Shown here: one piece after another, positions 1-10,202 of the stretch
How the letters are laid out: each line of letters opens with the position of its first letter
How positions within the stretch are numbered: position 1 is the first letter of the stretch
Source of the DNA: Actinomycetota bacterium
Lineage (GTDB): Bacteria > Actinomycetota > UBA4738
NCBI GenBank assembly: GCA_040414485.1
Contig: JBEDUK010000096.1
Location: forward strand, 46,382 to 110,381
DNA length: 64,000 nucleotides
Direction: 5' to 3'
Made by a program: the position numbers and the translations under genes
Notes under the pieces: generated by a model
Told to the model about the DNA's origin: nothing
Seen by the model: the letters and a program-made list of their open reading frames with translations, nothing else
Database searches by the model: none

Positions 1-1
1 C

Positions 2-985
2 AAGGGCCAGCCCGACCGGAACCTGGCCCTCGAGCTGGTTCGGGTCACCGAGGCCGCGGCGCTCTCGGCGGGCCGCTGGATCGGCAAGGGCCAGAAGGAG
101 AGCGCCGACCAGGCCGCGGTCGACGCCATGCGCCTGATGCTCGACACCGTGGCCATGGCCGGCGTCGTCGTGATCGGCGAGGGTGAGAAGGACGAGGCCC
201 CCATGCTGTTCAACGGCGAGCAGGTAGGGAACGGATCGGGGCCGGCGGTGGACGTCGCGGTCGACCCGCTGGAGGGCACCAGGCTGACCGCGCTCGGCAT
301 GCCGGGCGCGATCGCCGTGGTCGCGGTGGCCGAGGCGGGAACCATGTTCTTCCCCGGCGCGGCCGTGTACATGGACAAGATCGCCGGCGGACCCGAGGTG
401 GCCGACGTGCTCGACATCGAGGCGCCGCCCGGTGAGAACGTCCGACGCGCGGCCAAGGCCAAGGGCATCCGGCCCGAGGACGTGTCGGTGGTCGTCCTCG
501 ACCGCGACCGCCACACGCAGCTGATCGCGGACCTTCGCGAAGCGGGCGCGAAGGTGCATCTGATCACCGACGGCGACGTCGCCCCCACGATCGCGGCCGC
601 CAGGCCGGACACCGGCGTGGACCTGCTGATGGGAGTGGGCGGAACCCCGGAGGGCGTGATCTCGGCAGCGGCGTTGAAGGCGCTCGGGGGCGGGATGCAG
701 GGCAGGCTCTGGCCCCGAAACGACGACGAGAGGCAGAAGCTCGTCGACGCCGGCTACGACGTGGACGAGGTGCTCACCACCGACCGGCTGGTCGGCGGCC
801 ACAACGTGTTCGTCGCGGCCACGGGCGTGACCACGGGCTCCATGCTGAGGGGCGTCCTGTACACCGGCGGCGGCGCCGTCACCGACTCGATCGTCATGCG
901 GTCGAAGTCCGGGACCGTCCGGCGGATCGAGGCCGAGCATGCCCTGGACAAGCTCATGCTCTATTCGAACGTCGCCTACCGCTGA
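2..985 (+). CDS. glpX: Class II fructose-1,6-bisphosphatase (5' end outside window)
   Basis: Frame is open from the window edge: [17 protein letters not shown], then [25 protein letters not shown] and GGTPEGV GlpX motifs. Confidence 0.95.
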   Translation, partial: KGQPDRNLALELVRVTEAAALSAGRWIGKGQKESADQAAVDAMRLMLDTVAMAGVVVIGEGEKDEAPMLFNGEQVGNGSGPAVDVAVDPLEGTRLTALGMPGAIAVVAVAEAGTMFFPGAAVYMDKIAGGPEVADVLDIEAPPGENVRRAAKAKGIRPEDVSVVVLDRDRHTQLIADLREAGAKVHLITDGDVAPTIAAARPDTGVDLLMGVGGTPEGVISAAALKALGGGMQGRLWPRNDDERQKLVDAGYDVDEVLTTDRLVGGHNVFVAATGVTTGSMLRGVLYTGGGAVTDSIVMRSKSGTVRRIEAEHALDKLMLYSNVAYR

Positions 986-1013
986 CGCGCCGTTCGCGGC
1001 GGGATGAGGCCGG

Positions 1014-3146
1014 CTACGGCGAACCCAGCGCCCGACGAAGGAACTCGACCTGCAGCAGCAGGAGGTTCTCCGCGACCACCTCCTGCGGGGTCATGTGGGT
1101 CACGCCGGAGAGGGGCAGGACCGTGTGCGGCCGGCCCGCGGCGAGCAGTTCGCCGGACAGACGCAGCGTGTGGGCCGCCACCACGTTGTCGTCGGCCAGC
1201 CCGTGGATCAGCATGAGCGGCCGCTGCAGTCGGTGGGCGTCGGCGAGCAGCGAGCTTCGCCGGTAGGCGTCCGGCTGCTCCTCGGGCGTGCCCAGGTAGC
1301 GCTCGGTGTAGTGCGTGTCGTAGAGGCTCCAGTCGGTCACGGGCGCGCCGGCCACGGCAGCATGGAACACGTCCGGCCGGCGGAGCACGGCGAGCGCGGC
1401 AAGGTAGCCACCGAACGACCAGCCGCGGATGGTGACCCGCGTCAGATCCAGCACGCCTTGGTGCGCGTCTGAGACCGCGTGGAGCGCGTCGACCTGATCC
1501 TCGAGCGCGAACGTGGCCAGGTCGAGGTGCACGGCGCGCTCCCAGGCCGGTCCGCGTCCCGGGGTTCCGCGCCCGTCGGCCACGATGACGGCGAAGCCCT
1601 GATCCGCGAACCACTGCGACTGCAGGAACGCGTCGGCCGCCTTGGTCACGCGCGCGTGCTCCGGCCCGCCGTAGGGATCCATGAGGACCGGAAGGGGCCC
1701 GGCATGACGGCGGCCGGATGGAAGGAGCAACGCCGTTCGGAGATTCCGCTCGCCAAGCGCGGCGATCGCGGGCGACGGTCGAACCGACGGCCGTTCGGCT
1801 CTCGAGGCGATCTCGATTATGTCTTTGCGTGCCCCACCGGGCAGGAAGGTCGTAAGGTGACCTGACGAATCGGATTCCTCGTCGCTCAGGCTCGCCGAGG
1901 TGATCAGCGTCGCAGCCCCGCCTCGCGTACCGGTGTGAACACCCGGCGCCGTGGTCAGCCGCGTCAACTCGCCCGACCCGTCGAGATACCAGACGTGCTG
2001 CTCGGTGGGATCGTCCGACGCCGCGAACAGGACGCCGTCGCTGACCGCGAGCACGTCGCGAACCTGCAACCCGGCCGGTGTCACGGGCCTCCCGTCGATC
2101 AGGAGCCGGCGCGTGTCGCCCGAATCGGCGGTCCACACCAGCGCCCCGTCCTTCGTCCATGCGGGCACGCCGGCCACGACATCGAGCCACGCGGCATCGT
2201 CGTCCTCGCGGAGCACGGTCGACGCGCCCGTCGAGGGGTCCGGCGACATGATCCGCATCTGCCGCTGGTCCCGCGACTGCACGAGGAACAGCGGCGGGCC
2301 GCCCTCCGACCAGTGCACCTCGACCAGGTACGGGAATGCCTCGCGGTCCCATTCGACCTCCGTGCGCGCGCCGCCTTCGGTCTCGATGACGAACAGGCGC
2401 ACCTCGGCGTTCGGCGTTCCTGCCGCCGGATAGGCGAGCGTGCGGAAGGCCGCGGCAGGGTCGCTCGGATCGCCGATGTGCCATCGCCGCACGCCCGAGA
2501 TGTCGACGCGTGCCGCCAGGAGCGACCCGCCGTCGGGAGACCACCAGAACCCACGATGGCGGGCCATCTCCTCGGCCGCCACGAACTCGGCAGCGCCCCA
2601 CGAGACATCCGGGTCGTCCTCGCTTGCGACTTCACGGTCAGCCGCGTCGCCGGAGCCCTCAACGCCGCCGGTCAGGTGGATCACGCGGAGCGACCGGTCC
2701 GACAGGTACGCGACCCTGGTGCCCGTGGGGTCCGGCCTCGGATCGAAGACAGGACCGCGCGCGTCCGGCAGTTCGCGTACCGAACCTGCCGCCACGTCCG
2801 CCACGAACAGCCGTCCGCCGATCGCGAACGCGGCGACGGTGAGGGCCGGGTCGGCCGCATACGCCACGATTCCGCCGGCAGCCTCACGCGTCCGCTCGCG
2901 GCGCGCACGTTCGGCGGCGGGGAGGTGTTCCTCATCGCCGCCGAGCAGCGCCCGGGCGTCGGCGATCAGCCGCTCCGAGCCGTCCGTCGCATCGATGACC
3001 CAGAGGTCATTCACTGGATCGTCTCCGGACTCCGATCGAAGGAACGCCAAGCGCGACGCGTCGCCCGCGACGGTGAACGACCGCGGGCGGCCCAGGGTGA
3101 ACCGCCGGGTCGCGGCGAACCGCCGAGGGAACGAGACCTCCGTCAC
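1014..3146 (-). CDS. S9 family dipeptidyl-peptidase IV-like serine peptidase
   Basis: GWSFGG nucleophile motif, HGLADDNV, DTHYTERYLG; N-terminal propeller region with AAEEMARHRGFWWSPDG. Confidence 0.92.
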   Translation of the reverse strand: MTEVSFPRRFAATRRFTLGRPRSFTVAGDASRLAFLRSESGDDPVNDLWVIDATDGSERLIADARALLGGDEEHLPAAERARRERTREAAGGIVAYAADPALTVAAFAIGGRLFVADVAAGSVRELPDARGPVFDPRPDPTGTRVAYLSDRSLRVIHLTGGVEGSGDAADREVASEDDPDVSWGAAEFVAAEEMARHRGFWWSPDGGSLLAARVDISGVRRWHIGDPSDPAAAFRTLAYPAAGTPNAEVRLFVIETEGGARTEVEWDREAFPYLVEVHWSEGGPPLFLVQSRDQRQMRIMSPDPSTGASTVLREDDDAAWLDVVAGVPAWTKDGALVWTADSGDTRRLLIDGRPVTPAGLQVRDVLAVSDGVLFAASDDPTEQHVWYLDGSGELTRLTTAPGVHTGTRGGAATLITSASLSDEESDSSGHLTTFLPGGARKDIIEIASRAERPSVRPSPAIAALGERNLRTALLLPSGRRHAGPLPVLMDPYGGPEHARVTKAADAFLQSQWFADQGFAVIVADGRGTPGRGPAWERAVHLDLATFALEDQVDALHAVSDAHQGVLDLTRVTIRGWSFGGYLAALAVLRRPDVFHAAVAGAPVTDWSLYDTHYTERYLGTPEEQPDAYRRSSLLADAHRLQRPLMLIHGLADDNVVAAHTLRLSGELLAAGRPHTVLPLSGVTHMTPQEVVAENLLLLQVEFLRRALGSP

Positions 3147-3376
3147 GACGCTGCCTCCTCTCCTGGTCCGGTGAGCTCGTACGTCCCGGTCGACACCTTC
3201 CGGACCCGCCCCTCCTTCGACATCGCCGCCAGCGCGGCCAGAACCTGCTTTCGCACGTCGCGGACCTCGAACGGATCGATGTAGCCGTCGCGGAGCGCTC
3301 GGTCCTGGATGACCGTCCAGTGCAGCGGAGCACGATCCTCGGCGAGCACGCGCTCGATGGCCGCGGTCACCTCCAC
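3143..3376 (-). CDS. Small hypothetical protein, winged-helix-like (77 aa)
   Basis: GTG start 5 nt after the upstream stop; its stop overlaps the peptidase start; AIERVLAEDRAPLHW...GRVRKVSTGTYEL resembles a wHTH wing. Confidence 0.6.
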   Translation of the reverse strand: MEVTAAIERVLAEDRAPLHWTVIQDRALRDGYIDPFEVRDVRKQVLAALAAMSKEGRVRKVSTGTYELTGPGEEAAS

Positions 3377-3381
3377 GGCGG

Positions 3382-4386
3382 CTACAGGGCGTGGGCGAAT
3401 GGGATCAGCGTCTCCGCGATGACCTCGACCTCCGACCAGTCGGGCACGACGAACGGCATCGCCGCCGGGCTGACGATAATCTCCTCGACGCCGTTCTCCG
3501 CGAACGCGGCGAGCCGCGACGCGCACACGTCGGGCGGTCCGGTGAGCGTCTCTTCGGCGAAGTCCTCGAGCGTCGTCGCGTTCAGCGAGCCGCCCGGCGA
3601 CCATTCCTGCAACTGCTGGTACCGCGCCTGGAGGTCACGGGCGTCCTCGCCGACCAGCGTGTACAGCCCGATCGACAGTCGAACGCTCGCCGGATCCCGT
3701 CCGACCTCGTCGCAGATCTCGCCGAGCCGGCGCACGCGCGCGGCGTGCTCCGCGGCGTCCATCCGCCAGACGACGTTCCAGCCGGACGCGTGGCGGGCGA
3801 CCAGGCGCAGCATACGATCGCCGCCCTTGCCGCCCACCCAGATCGGCGGCCCGCCGGCCTGCGCCGGACTCGGGCGGTTGTACGCCTCGCGGAGCCGGAC
3901 CGTCGGCGTGTCGAGCGTCGCGGGCCCGCCGGCGAAGAGCGCCGCCACCGCCTCGACCGTGTCCTCGAGCGCACTGAAGCGCTCACCGACCGTCCCGTAC
4001 CGGTACCCGAAGGCGTCGAACTCCTTCTCGTACCAGCCGGCGCCGAGCCCGAGGTCGAAGCGCCCGCCGCTGATCAGGTCGATCGACGTCGCCATCTTCG
4101 CCAGGATCGCCGGATGCCTGAACGCGGCGCACGCGACGAGCGTCCCGAGCCGGACCCGCTCCGTTCGGGCCGCAAGCGCGGCCAGCGAGGTCAACGGCTC
4201 GACCGAGCCCTGTTCGCCCGCACCGCCGTATCTGGAGAGGTCCAGGAAGAAGTGGTCGGAGATCCAGACGCTGTCGAATCCCATGCGTTCGGCCCGAAGG
4301 GTCGCGTCCAACAGCGCGGGCCAGGACAGCGCCTCCCCGTCGGGGAACGAGTGCTCGTAATGGGGCAGGGCGAGTCCCAGGCGCAC
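3382..4386 (-). CDS. LLM class flavin (probably F420)-dependent oxidoreductase
   Basis: GFDSVWISDHF, RVRLGTLV, RHPAILAKMATSIDLISGGRFDLGLGAGW, PPIWVGG motifs. Confidence 0.9.
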   Translation of the reverse strand: MRLGLALPHYEHSFPDGEALSWPALLDATLRAERMGFDSVWISDHFFLDLSRYGGAGEQGSVEPLTSLAALAARTERVRLGTLVACAAFRHPAILAKMATSIDLISGGRFDLGLGAGWYEKEFDAFGYRYGTVGERFSALEDTVEAVAALFAGGPATLDTPTVRLREAYNRPSPAQAGGPPIWVGGKGGDRMLRLVARHASGWNVVWRMDAAEHAARVRRLGEICDEVGRDPASVRLSIGLYTLVGEDARDLQARYQQLQEWSPGGSLNATTLEDFAEETLTGPPDVCASRLAAFAENGVEEIIVSPAAMPFVVPDWSEVEVIAETLIPFAHAL

Positions 4387-4490
4387 TGCCCGGATAGTAC
4401 CCACCCCGGCTCGGCCAGGGCCGGTTCCGGGTTCGTGTCCGGGGCATCCCCGATGGCGAACGCCGAAGAGGCGCGCCATCATGCGGGTCG

Positions 4491-5474
4491 ATGGCGACGA
4501 CGGAGACAAGGGCGGCAGCGGTGGTGGGCGGAGGCGAGACGCCGGCGATCCGCATCGAGGGCCTGACGAAGCGCTTCGGCAACCGGGCGGCGGTCGACGA
4601 CCTGACCCTGGAGGTTCGCCGTGGCGAGGTGTTCGGCTTCCTGGGACCGAACGGCGCCGGGAAGACCACGACCATCCGGCTGCTGCTCGGCCTGATGCGG
4701 CCGGACGCCGGGACCTCGTGCGTGCTCGGTGCACAGGTCCCCGCGCCGGCGACGCTCCCGAACATCGGCGCCATGATCGAGGAGCCGGCGTTCTATCCGT
4801 GGCTCTCCGGCGCGGCGAACCTTCGCGTGCTGGCCGAGACCGGTCCGCGCATCGCGGCCGGCGCGGTGGACGAGGCGCTCGCGATGACGGGGCTCGCCGA
4901 CGTCGCCGGAAGGAAGGTCCGCGGGTACTCGCAGGGGATGCGGCAGCGGCTGGGCCTGGCCGCGGCGCTGATGCGTCGACCGGGCCTGCTGATCCTGGAC
5001 GAGCCCGCGAACGGCCTCGATCCGGCTGGCATCCGCGAGTTCCGCGACCGCTTCCGATCGCTCGGCGACGCCGGGGTGACCGTCTTCATCTCGAGCCACC
5101 TGCTCGGCGAGGTCGCACGCATCTGCGACCGCGTCGGCATCGTCGACCGGGGCCGTCTGGTGGCCGTCGGCACGGTCGACGAACTGTCAAGGCGCGGCGG
5201 CGCCGCCGGAACGACGCAGGTCCGGGTGACGGTGCGGCCCGAGGACCTCGAACCGGCAGTTCGGCTCCTCGAACGGTTCGCGGTGCGGCCCGACGGTCCG
5301 GGCTCACTCATGGTGAAGGCGGCGTCCGGCCGCGACGTCAACGAGGCGCTCGCCCGGGGCGGGATCTTCGCCGAGGGGATCGCCGCGGACGGGGCGGGGC
5401 TCGAAGAGGCGTTCCTGGCGCTCACGCACGCCCCCGAGGAAGGAGCCAAGCCTGATGCGGCTGCTCGCGGCTGA
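4491..5474 (+). CDS. ABC transporter ATP-binding protein (exporter type)
   Basis: Walker A GPNGAGKTT, signature YSQGMRQR, Walker B LILDEP, SSH switch. Confidence 0.95.
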   Translation: MATTETRAAAVVGGGETPAIRIEGLTKRFGNRAAVDDLTLEVRRGEVFGFLGPNGAGKTTTIRLLLGLMRPDAGTSCVLGAQVPAPATLPNIGAMIEEPAFYPWLSGAANLRVLAETGPRIAAGAVDEALAMTGLADVAGRKVRGYSQGMRQRLGLAAALMRRPGLLILDEPANGLDPAGIREFRDRFRSLGDAGVTVFISSHLLGEVARICDRVGIVDRGRLVAVGTVDELSRRGGAAGTTQVRVTVRPEDLEPAVRLLERFAVRPDGPGSLMVKAASGRDVNEALARGGIFAEGIAADGAGLEEAFLALTHAPEEGAKPDAAARG

Positions 5475-6402
5475 ACTTCGCAAGCTCCGCCGGCCCTTGG
5501 CGGTGTGGACGGTGCTCGCCGTCGTCGTGCTGATCGGACTGTTCGCATGGGGCTCGAGCAAACAGGCCTCCAACCAGCTCCGGTTCAAACGGATCATCAC
5601 GTCGAAGGTGCCCACGTGTGGTGAGCTGGGCCTTCAGCCCGGGGCGGCGTGCGACAAGCGGCTCGAGCTGATCCGGAAGAACGGCGAGCGGGCGGCAGCG
5701 GAGCAACTGGCGGACGTCCGGGCCTCCGCGCAGGTCCTGAGCCCGCTCGGCGCCGGGCGGCTGGCCGCGGGCATGATGGCGTCGCTCATGGGCGCCGTCG
5801 TGCTCCTGTTGCTGGCGGGAGGACACGTCGGCCAGGAGTGGAGCGGGCGAACGCTGAAGCAGATCCTTGTGCAGGAGGGCCGTCGCTGGAGGATCCTGGC
5901 CGCGAAGTTCGCCAGCCTGTGGATCGCGGGCATGGCCCTGATCGCCATTGCGTGGCTCGCGCTGGCGGCGATCCTCCCGGTCCTGAACGCGGCGTATCCG
6001 CTGCACATGCCCATCCACGCGGGCTCGGCGCTCGCCGGCTCTCTCGGCGACGTCGCGCGGGCGTCGCTGGTCGTCGCGGCCTTCGCGGCGCTCGGCCTCC
6101 TCGCCGCCGCCATCACCCGGAACACCCTGGGAGCGTTCTTCCTCGCCTTCGCCTTTGTCATCGCGACGATGATCCTGGCCGGCTTCCCCCGCGTGGCGCG
6201 GTTCACGCTCGCGTACTGGGTCGCCGGGTGGATGCGCTTCGGTCAGGGGCTCGCTTCGGTGCAGACCCATATCTGGAGGGACGACTTCTATCCACTGCCG
6301 TTCCCGCACACCTCGGTGGGTCTGATCGGCCTCGTCGCGTTCGGCGCGCTCTGCGCGGTGCTCGCGTGGCTGCGGTTCGAGCGATCCGACGTGAAGGTCT
6401 AA
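5455..6402 (+). CDS. ABC-2 type transporter permease
   Basis: About 6 hydrophobic segments, GQEWSGRTLK..L....RWRIL.AK loop motif, overlaps the ATPase gene. Confidence 0.85.
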   Translation: MRLLAAELRKLRRPLAVWTVLAVVVLIGLFAWGSSKQASNQLRFKRIITSKVPTCGELGLQPGAACDKRLELIRKNGERAAAEQLADVRASAQVLSPLGAGRLAAGMMASLMGAVVLLLLAGGHVGQEWSGRTLKQILVQEGRRWRILAAKFASLWIAGMALIAIAWLALAAILPVLNAAYPLHMPIHAGSALAGSLGDVARASLVVAAFAALGLLAAAITRNTLGAFFLAFAFVIATMILAGFPRVARFTLAYWVAGWMRFGQGLASVQTHIWRDDFYPLPFPHTSVGLIGLVAFGALCAVLAWLRFERSDVKV

Positions 6403-6479
6403 AGAGCGTCCCGCTGCCGCACCCGGACGCCTGACAACATCGCATCCGCCACCGAGGGCTACAGAAAGGGGCATCTCCC

Positions 6480-7523
6480 ATGGAGCCATGGTCGATCGAA
6501 TGGGCCGGCCGGTTCGACGAGCAGACCATCGACAGCGACGCACTGAAAGGCAACGCGCTGGGCGATCCGCACGAACGCCCGCTCTGGATCTACCTGCCGC
6601 CCGGATACGACGCGGACGAGTCTCACCGATATCCTTCGGTCTATGTGATCCAGGGACTCACAGGTCAGGTCGACATGTGGCGGTCGCGGGCGGCGTTTCG
6701 GCAGAATTTCCCCGAATTGATGGACCGGGCCTTCGCCTCCGGCGAATGCCCGCCGGCGATCGTGGTGTTCGTCGATTGCTGGACGAGCCTCGGCGGCTCG
6801 CAGTTCCTGGACTCACCGGGGACGGGCAGGTATCACACCTATCTGTGCGACGAGGTCGTGCCGTCCGTCGACGCCCGGTATCGCACCATCGCTGGACGTG
6901 ACCAGCGCGGCATCGCCGGAAAGTCGAGCGGCGGCTACGGCGCCATGGTCACGCCGATGCTGCGGCCCGACCTGTTCGGCGGCCTCGCCACGCACGCGGG
7001 CGACGCGATGTTCGAGATGTGCTATCTGCCCGAGTGGCGTGAGGCAGTCCGAGCGCTGCGCGATGACTATCAGGGATCGTATGAGAGGTTCTGGGAGTCG
7101 TTCCGCAGCCGGCCCGCCTTTTCGAAGGATTCCGACGGAGTCCTGCTGAACGACTACTGCATGGCTGCCTGCTATTCGGCCGATGAAGATGGAACCGTCA
7201 ACCTGCCGTACGACCTGGCGACCGGTGAGCTCCGGGAGGACGTCTGGAACCGCTGGCTCGCGTGGGATCCGGTCCGGATTGCACGCACCGACGCCGGACG
7301 CGAGGCGCTCCGATCCATGCGCGCGGTCTACATCGACTGCGGCCGCCGAGACCAGTTCTTCCTGGACCTCGGGGCGGAGGCGTTCCGCCGGGAGGTCGAG
7401 GCCGCCGGCGTGCCGGTCGATCGCGTGTTCTTCGAGCTCTTCGACGCGACCCACTCGGCGATCGAATACCGGTATCCGATGGGGCTGAGGTTCCTGATCG
7501 AACGCCTCCAGCCGCAATCGTAG
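6480..7523 (+). CDS. Alpha/beta-hydrolase, enterochelin esterase-like
   Basis: IYLPPGYD, YPSVY, GKSSGG nucleophile elbow, YIDCG, C-terminal His. Confidence 0.85.
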   Translation: MEPWSIEWAGRFDEQTIDSDALKGNALGDPHERPLWIYLPPGYDADESHRYPSVYVIQGLTGQVDMWRSRAAFRQNFPELMDRAFASGECPPAIVVFVDCWTSLGGSQFLDSPGTGRYHTYLCDEVVPSVDARYRTIAGRDQRGIAGKSSGGYGAMVTPMLRPDLFGGLATHAGDAMFEMCYLPEWREAVRALRDDYQGSYERFWESFRSRPAFSKDSDGVLLNDYCMAACYSADEDGTVNLPYDLATGELREDVWNRWLAWDPVRIARTDAGREALRSMRAVYIDCGRRDQFFLDLGAEAFRREVEAAGVPVDRVFFELFDATHSAIEYRYPMGLRFLIERLQPQS

Positions 7524-7561
7524 CGTCGAGAAGGGACGCGGTCCGGGTGCCGGGGCCGCCC

Positions 7562-8584
7562 TCAGGCGCGCAGTTCGACGGGCGTCACGTCCACGACCTG
7601 GGCGCGGCCGCCCCGATGCACGGTCACCGGCAGGGTCCGGCCGATCGCGTTCGCGTCCATGAGCCGCTGCAGGTCGTCCATGCCGTCCACCGGCGCGCCG
7701 TCGATCTCGAGGATCAGGTCCTCCGTGCGAAGCCCCGCACGGGCCGCCGGACTTCCGTCGACGACCTGGACGACCTCCACGCCTCGCTGACGCCCGGTCG
7801 CCGCCGCGATCCGCGGAGGCAGCGGGCGCGGTCCGCCCGCGATGCCCAAGTAGGCCCGCCGCACCCGGCCGTCGCTGATCAGCGCGGTCACGATGCGCCG
7901 CGTCGTGTCGTTCACCGGAACCGCCATGCCCAGTCCCTGGCCTACGCCCGGCCCGATGACGGCGGTGTTGATCCCGATCACGCGAGCGTCCCCGTCCGCG
8001 AGCGCGCCGCCGGAGTTCCCCGGGTGCAACGCCGCATCGGTCTGGATGACGCTTTCCACCAGCCGCGAGACCGCGCCCGACGATGCGGGAAGCGACCGCC
8101 CGACCGCGCTGACCACGCCTGCGGTGACCGTACCGCCGAACCCGAGCGGGTTGCCGATCGCCACCACCAACTGTCCGACGCGCAGCCGCGAGGCGTCGCC
8201 GAGCTCGGCTGCCACCAGTTCGCCACCGCTCGCCCGCACCACGGCAAGGTCGGACAGGGGATCCGAACCGACCACGTCGATGCCCAGCTCAGCGCCGTCC
8301 GCGAAGGCTGCCGAGCCGCGGTCCGTGCCGGCCACGACGTGCGCCGACGTGACCATGAACCCGTCGGCGGAGATCGCCACGGCGCTCCCGCCTCCCTGGG
8401 CGTCCATCCGTCCCGAGCGCTTCCACACGCGGAGGCTTGCCACGCACGGCGTGAGGCGCTCGACCACGGATGTGACGACGCGCGAGTACGCATCCAACGG
8501 CGACTCGTGTCCCTCCGTGCTGCCGGCCGCCGCCTGAACGCGGTCGGGGTCGATGTCGAACGGCCCGGTTCGAAGTCCCGTCAT
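7562..8584 (-). CDS. HtrA/DegP-like trypsin serine protease with PDZ domain, no signal or TM segment
   Basis: VTSAHVV, SDLAVV, IQTDAALHPGNSGG catalytic triad; C-terminal PDZ (YLGI...GSPAARAGL). Confidence 0.92.
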   Translation of the reverse strand: MTGLRTGPFDIDPDRVQAAAGSTEGHESPLDAYSRVVTSVVERLTPCVASLRVWKRSGRMDAQGGGSAVAISADGFMVTSAHVVAGTDRGSAAFADGAELGIDVVGSDPLSDLAVVRASGGELVAAELGDASRLRVGQLVVAIGNPLGFGGTVTAGVVSAVGRSLPASSGAVSRLVESVIQTDAALHPGNSGGALADGDARVIGINTAVIGPGVGQGLGMAVPVNDTTRRIVTALISDGRVRRAYLGIAGGPRPLPPRIAAATGRQRGVEVVQVVDGSPAARAGLRTEDLILEIDGAPVDGMDDLQRLMDANAIGRTLPVTVHRGGRAQVVDVTPVELRA

Positions 8585-8629
8585 GACCGCCTCCTACGGC
8601 TCGAGGCCTCGCCTCCTCGCCGTTCGCCT

Positions 8630-9550
8630 CTATGCCTCGCCCGTCGCCTCCGCGGCGTCGCCCGGGGTGAGCGTCACGGATGCGGTTCGCTCCTCCGTCC
8701 CGCGAACCACCTTCACCTGGAACGACCCACCGGCGTCGACGGTGTCGAGGGCCGACCACAGATCGTCCACGTTCGCGACCGCGGTGCCGGCGACCTCGAC
8801 CAACAGATCGCCCGGCTCGAATCCGGCCCGGCCGGCGGGCGACCCGTCCTCGACGAAACGGATCAGCAGGCCGTCACGCTCCGGCAGGCCCACGGCACTG
8901 CGCAGCCGGCGCGCCACGTGCGCGGGCGCGACCCCGATGCCCAGGCGCGGCCGCGCGGTGGACTCGCCACGGCCGAGAGCGTCCACGCGCTCCCGGAGCG
9001 ACGCTCCCGACGCGATGGCCGCATAGAACCCCTCCCCGAGACGGTTCGTGTTGATGCCGAGGATGTGACCGTCCCCATCGACGATCGGGCTCCCGGACGA
9101 CCCGCGAGCGAGCGGCGCGGTGTGCTCGATGGTCCCTTCGATCTTGCGACCGCGCGGCCCTCGGAACTCACCGACCACGCTCGCGACCAGGCCGAACGTC
9201 ACCTGGACTCCCCGGCCGCCGGGATTCGACACCGCGAAGACGGCCGCCCCGGGCGCCACGCCGCCGTCACCGGCCCACTCAGGGGCCGCGATGCCGCCGG
9301 TGTCCACCGCGACCACGGCCAGATCGCCGTCCGAATCCACGCCGCTGACCGTGGCGTCCGCCACGCGGCCGTCCGCGAAGCGAACCTGCACCTCACCGCC
9401 GTGCAGGTTGTGGGCGTTCGTCAACACGCGTCCCTGGGCGATCACCACACCCGAACCGCGGGCCCACCCGCCGCCGACGCCGACCACCGCGGGTCCGACG
9501 CCGTCCGCCACCTTCCGAACCACCGCTTCGATGTCCTCGAGCGCTCCCAT
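8630..9550 (-). CDS. HtrA-like trypsin serine protease with PDZ domain, no signal or TM segment
   Basis: LTNAHNL, GDLAVV, APLARGSSGSP triad; PDZ (RLGI...GSPAGRAG); GGAG-type RBS upstream of ATG 9550. Confidence 0.88.
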   Translation of the reverse strand: MGALEDIEAVVRKVADGVGPAVVGVGGGWARGSGVVIAQGRVLTNAHNLHGGEVQVRFADGRVADATVSGVDSDGDLAVVAVDTGGIAAPEWAGDGGVAPGAAVFAVSNPGGRGVQVTFGLVASVVGEFRGPRGRKIEGTIEHTAPLARGSSGSPIVDGDGHILGINTNRLGEGFYAAIASGASLRERVDALGRGESTARPRLGIGVAPAHVARRLRSAVGLPERDGLLIRFVEDGSPAGRAGFEPGDLLVEVAGTAVANVDDLWSALDTVDAGGSFQVKVVRGTEERTASVTLTPGDAAEATGEA

Positions 9551-9603
9551 GCCTGACCTCTCCTTCGCGCCACCTGAGGGCGCCTCGCATGGCCCTGGCC
9601 GCA

Positions 9604-9624
9604 TAACTTGCGACTTGCAAGTTA
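9604..9624. promoter_or_regulatory. Perfect inverted repeat TAACTTGC-N5-GCAAGTTA, candidate HxlR-family operator
   Basis: AT-rich 8-bp dyad in the intergenic region between the divergent protease operon and HxlR gene. Confidence 0.65.
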
Positions 9625-9664
9625 CTACGGCCCGATCGGACGCGCAACCTCGGCGTGGCCTACG

Positions 9665-10144
9665 ATGGCCACCGTGGCGAAACCCGAACGGATCGAACAG
9701 GCCGAACGCGGAGAAGCGGGTCCCGCCGTCGACGCGTCACGGGCGCTCGAGGAGGCCCTCCACCGGGTCGGCGACCGGTGGGCGCTCCTGCTGGTGGAGA
9801 CGCTGCTCTCCGGCCCCCGTCGCTTCGGCGAGCTGCAGGAATCCGTGCCCGGCATCGCACCGAACATCCTGTCGGCCCGGCTCAAGCGGCTCGAACGGGA
9901 GAGCCTGGTCATCGCCCGGCCCTACTCGCAGCGCCCGCCCCGATTCGCCTACGAGCTCACGGCCGGCGGCAGGGAACTGGCCGGGGCCATCCGGCTGCTG
10001 GCCGAATGGGGCGCGCGCCGGTCGCCGCACGCGGATCCCGCACGTCACCAGGCGTGCGGCACCCCATTGGAGACGCGCTGGTTCTGCCCCACCTGCGCGC
10101 GACCGGTGGACGAGGGCGAGGCGGACGAGGTGTCGTTCGTCTGA
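9665..10144 (+). CDS. HxlR (DUF24) family winged-helix transcriptional regulator
   Basis: VGDRWALLLV, PRRFGEL, GIAPNILSARLKRLE, YELTAGG; C-terminal H..CG and CPTC. Confidence 0.9.
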   Translation: MATVAKPERIEQAERGEAGPAVDASRALEEALHRVGDRWALLLVETLLSGPRRFGELQESVPGIAPNILSARLKRLERESLVIARPYSQRPPRFAYELTAGGRELAGAIRLLAEWGARRSPHADPARHQACGTPLETRWFCPTCARPVDEGEADEVSFV

Positions 10145-10202
10145 TCGGGCTGATGGGGTCGAAGCCGGTCGGGCCGCCTTGGCGAGACTCCGTCGTGGAG
10201 AA

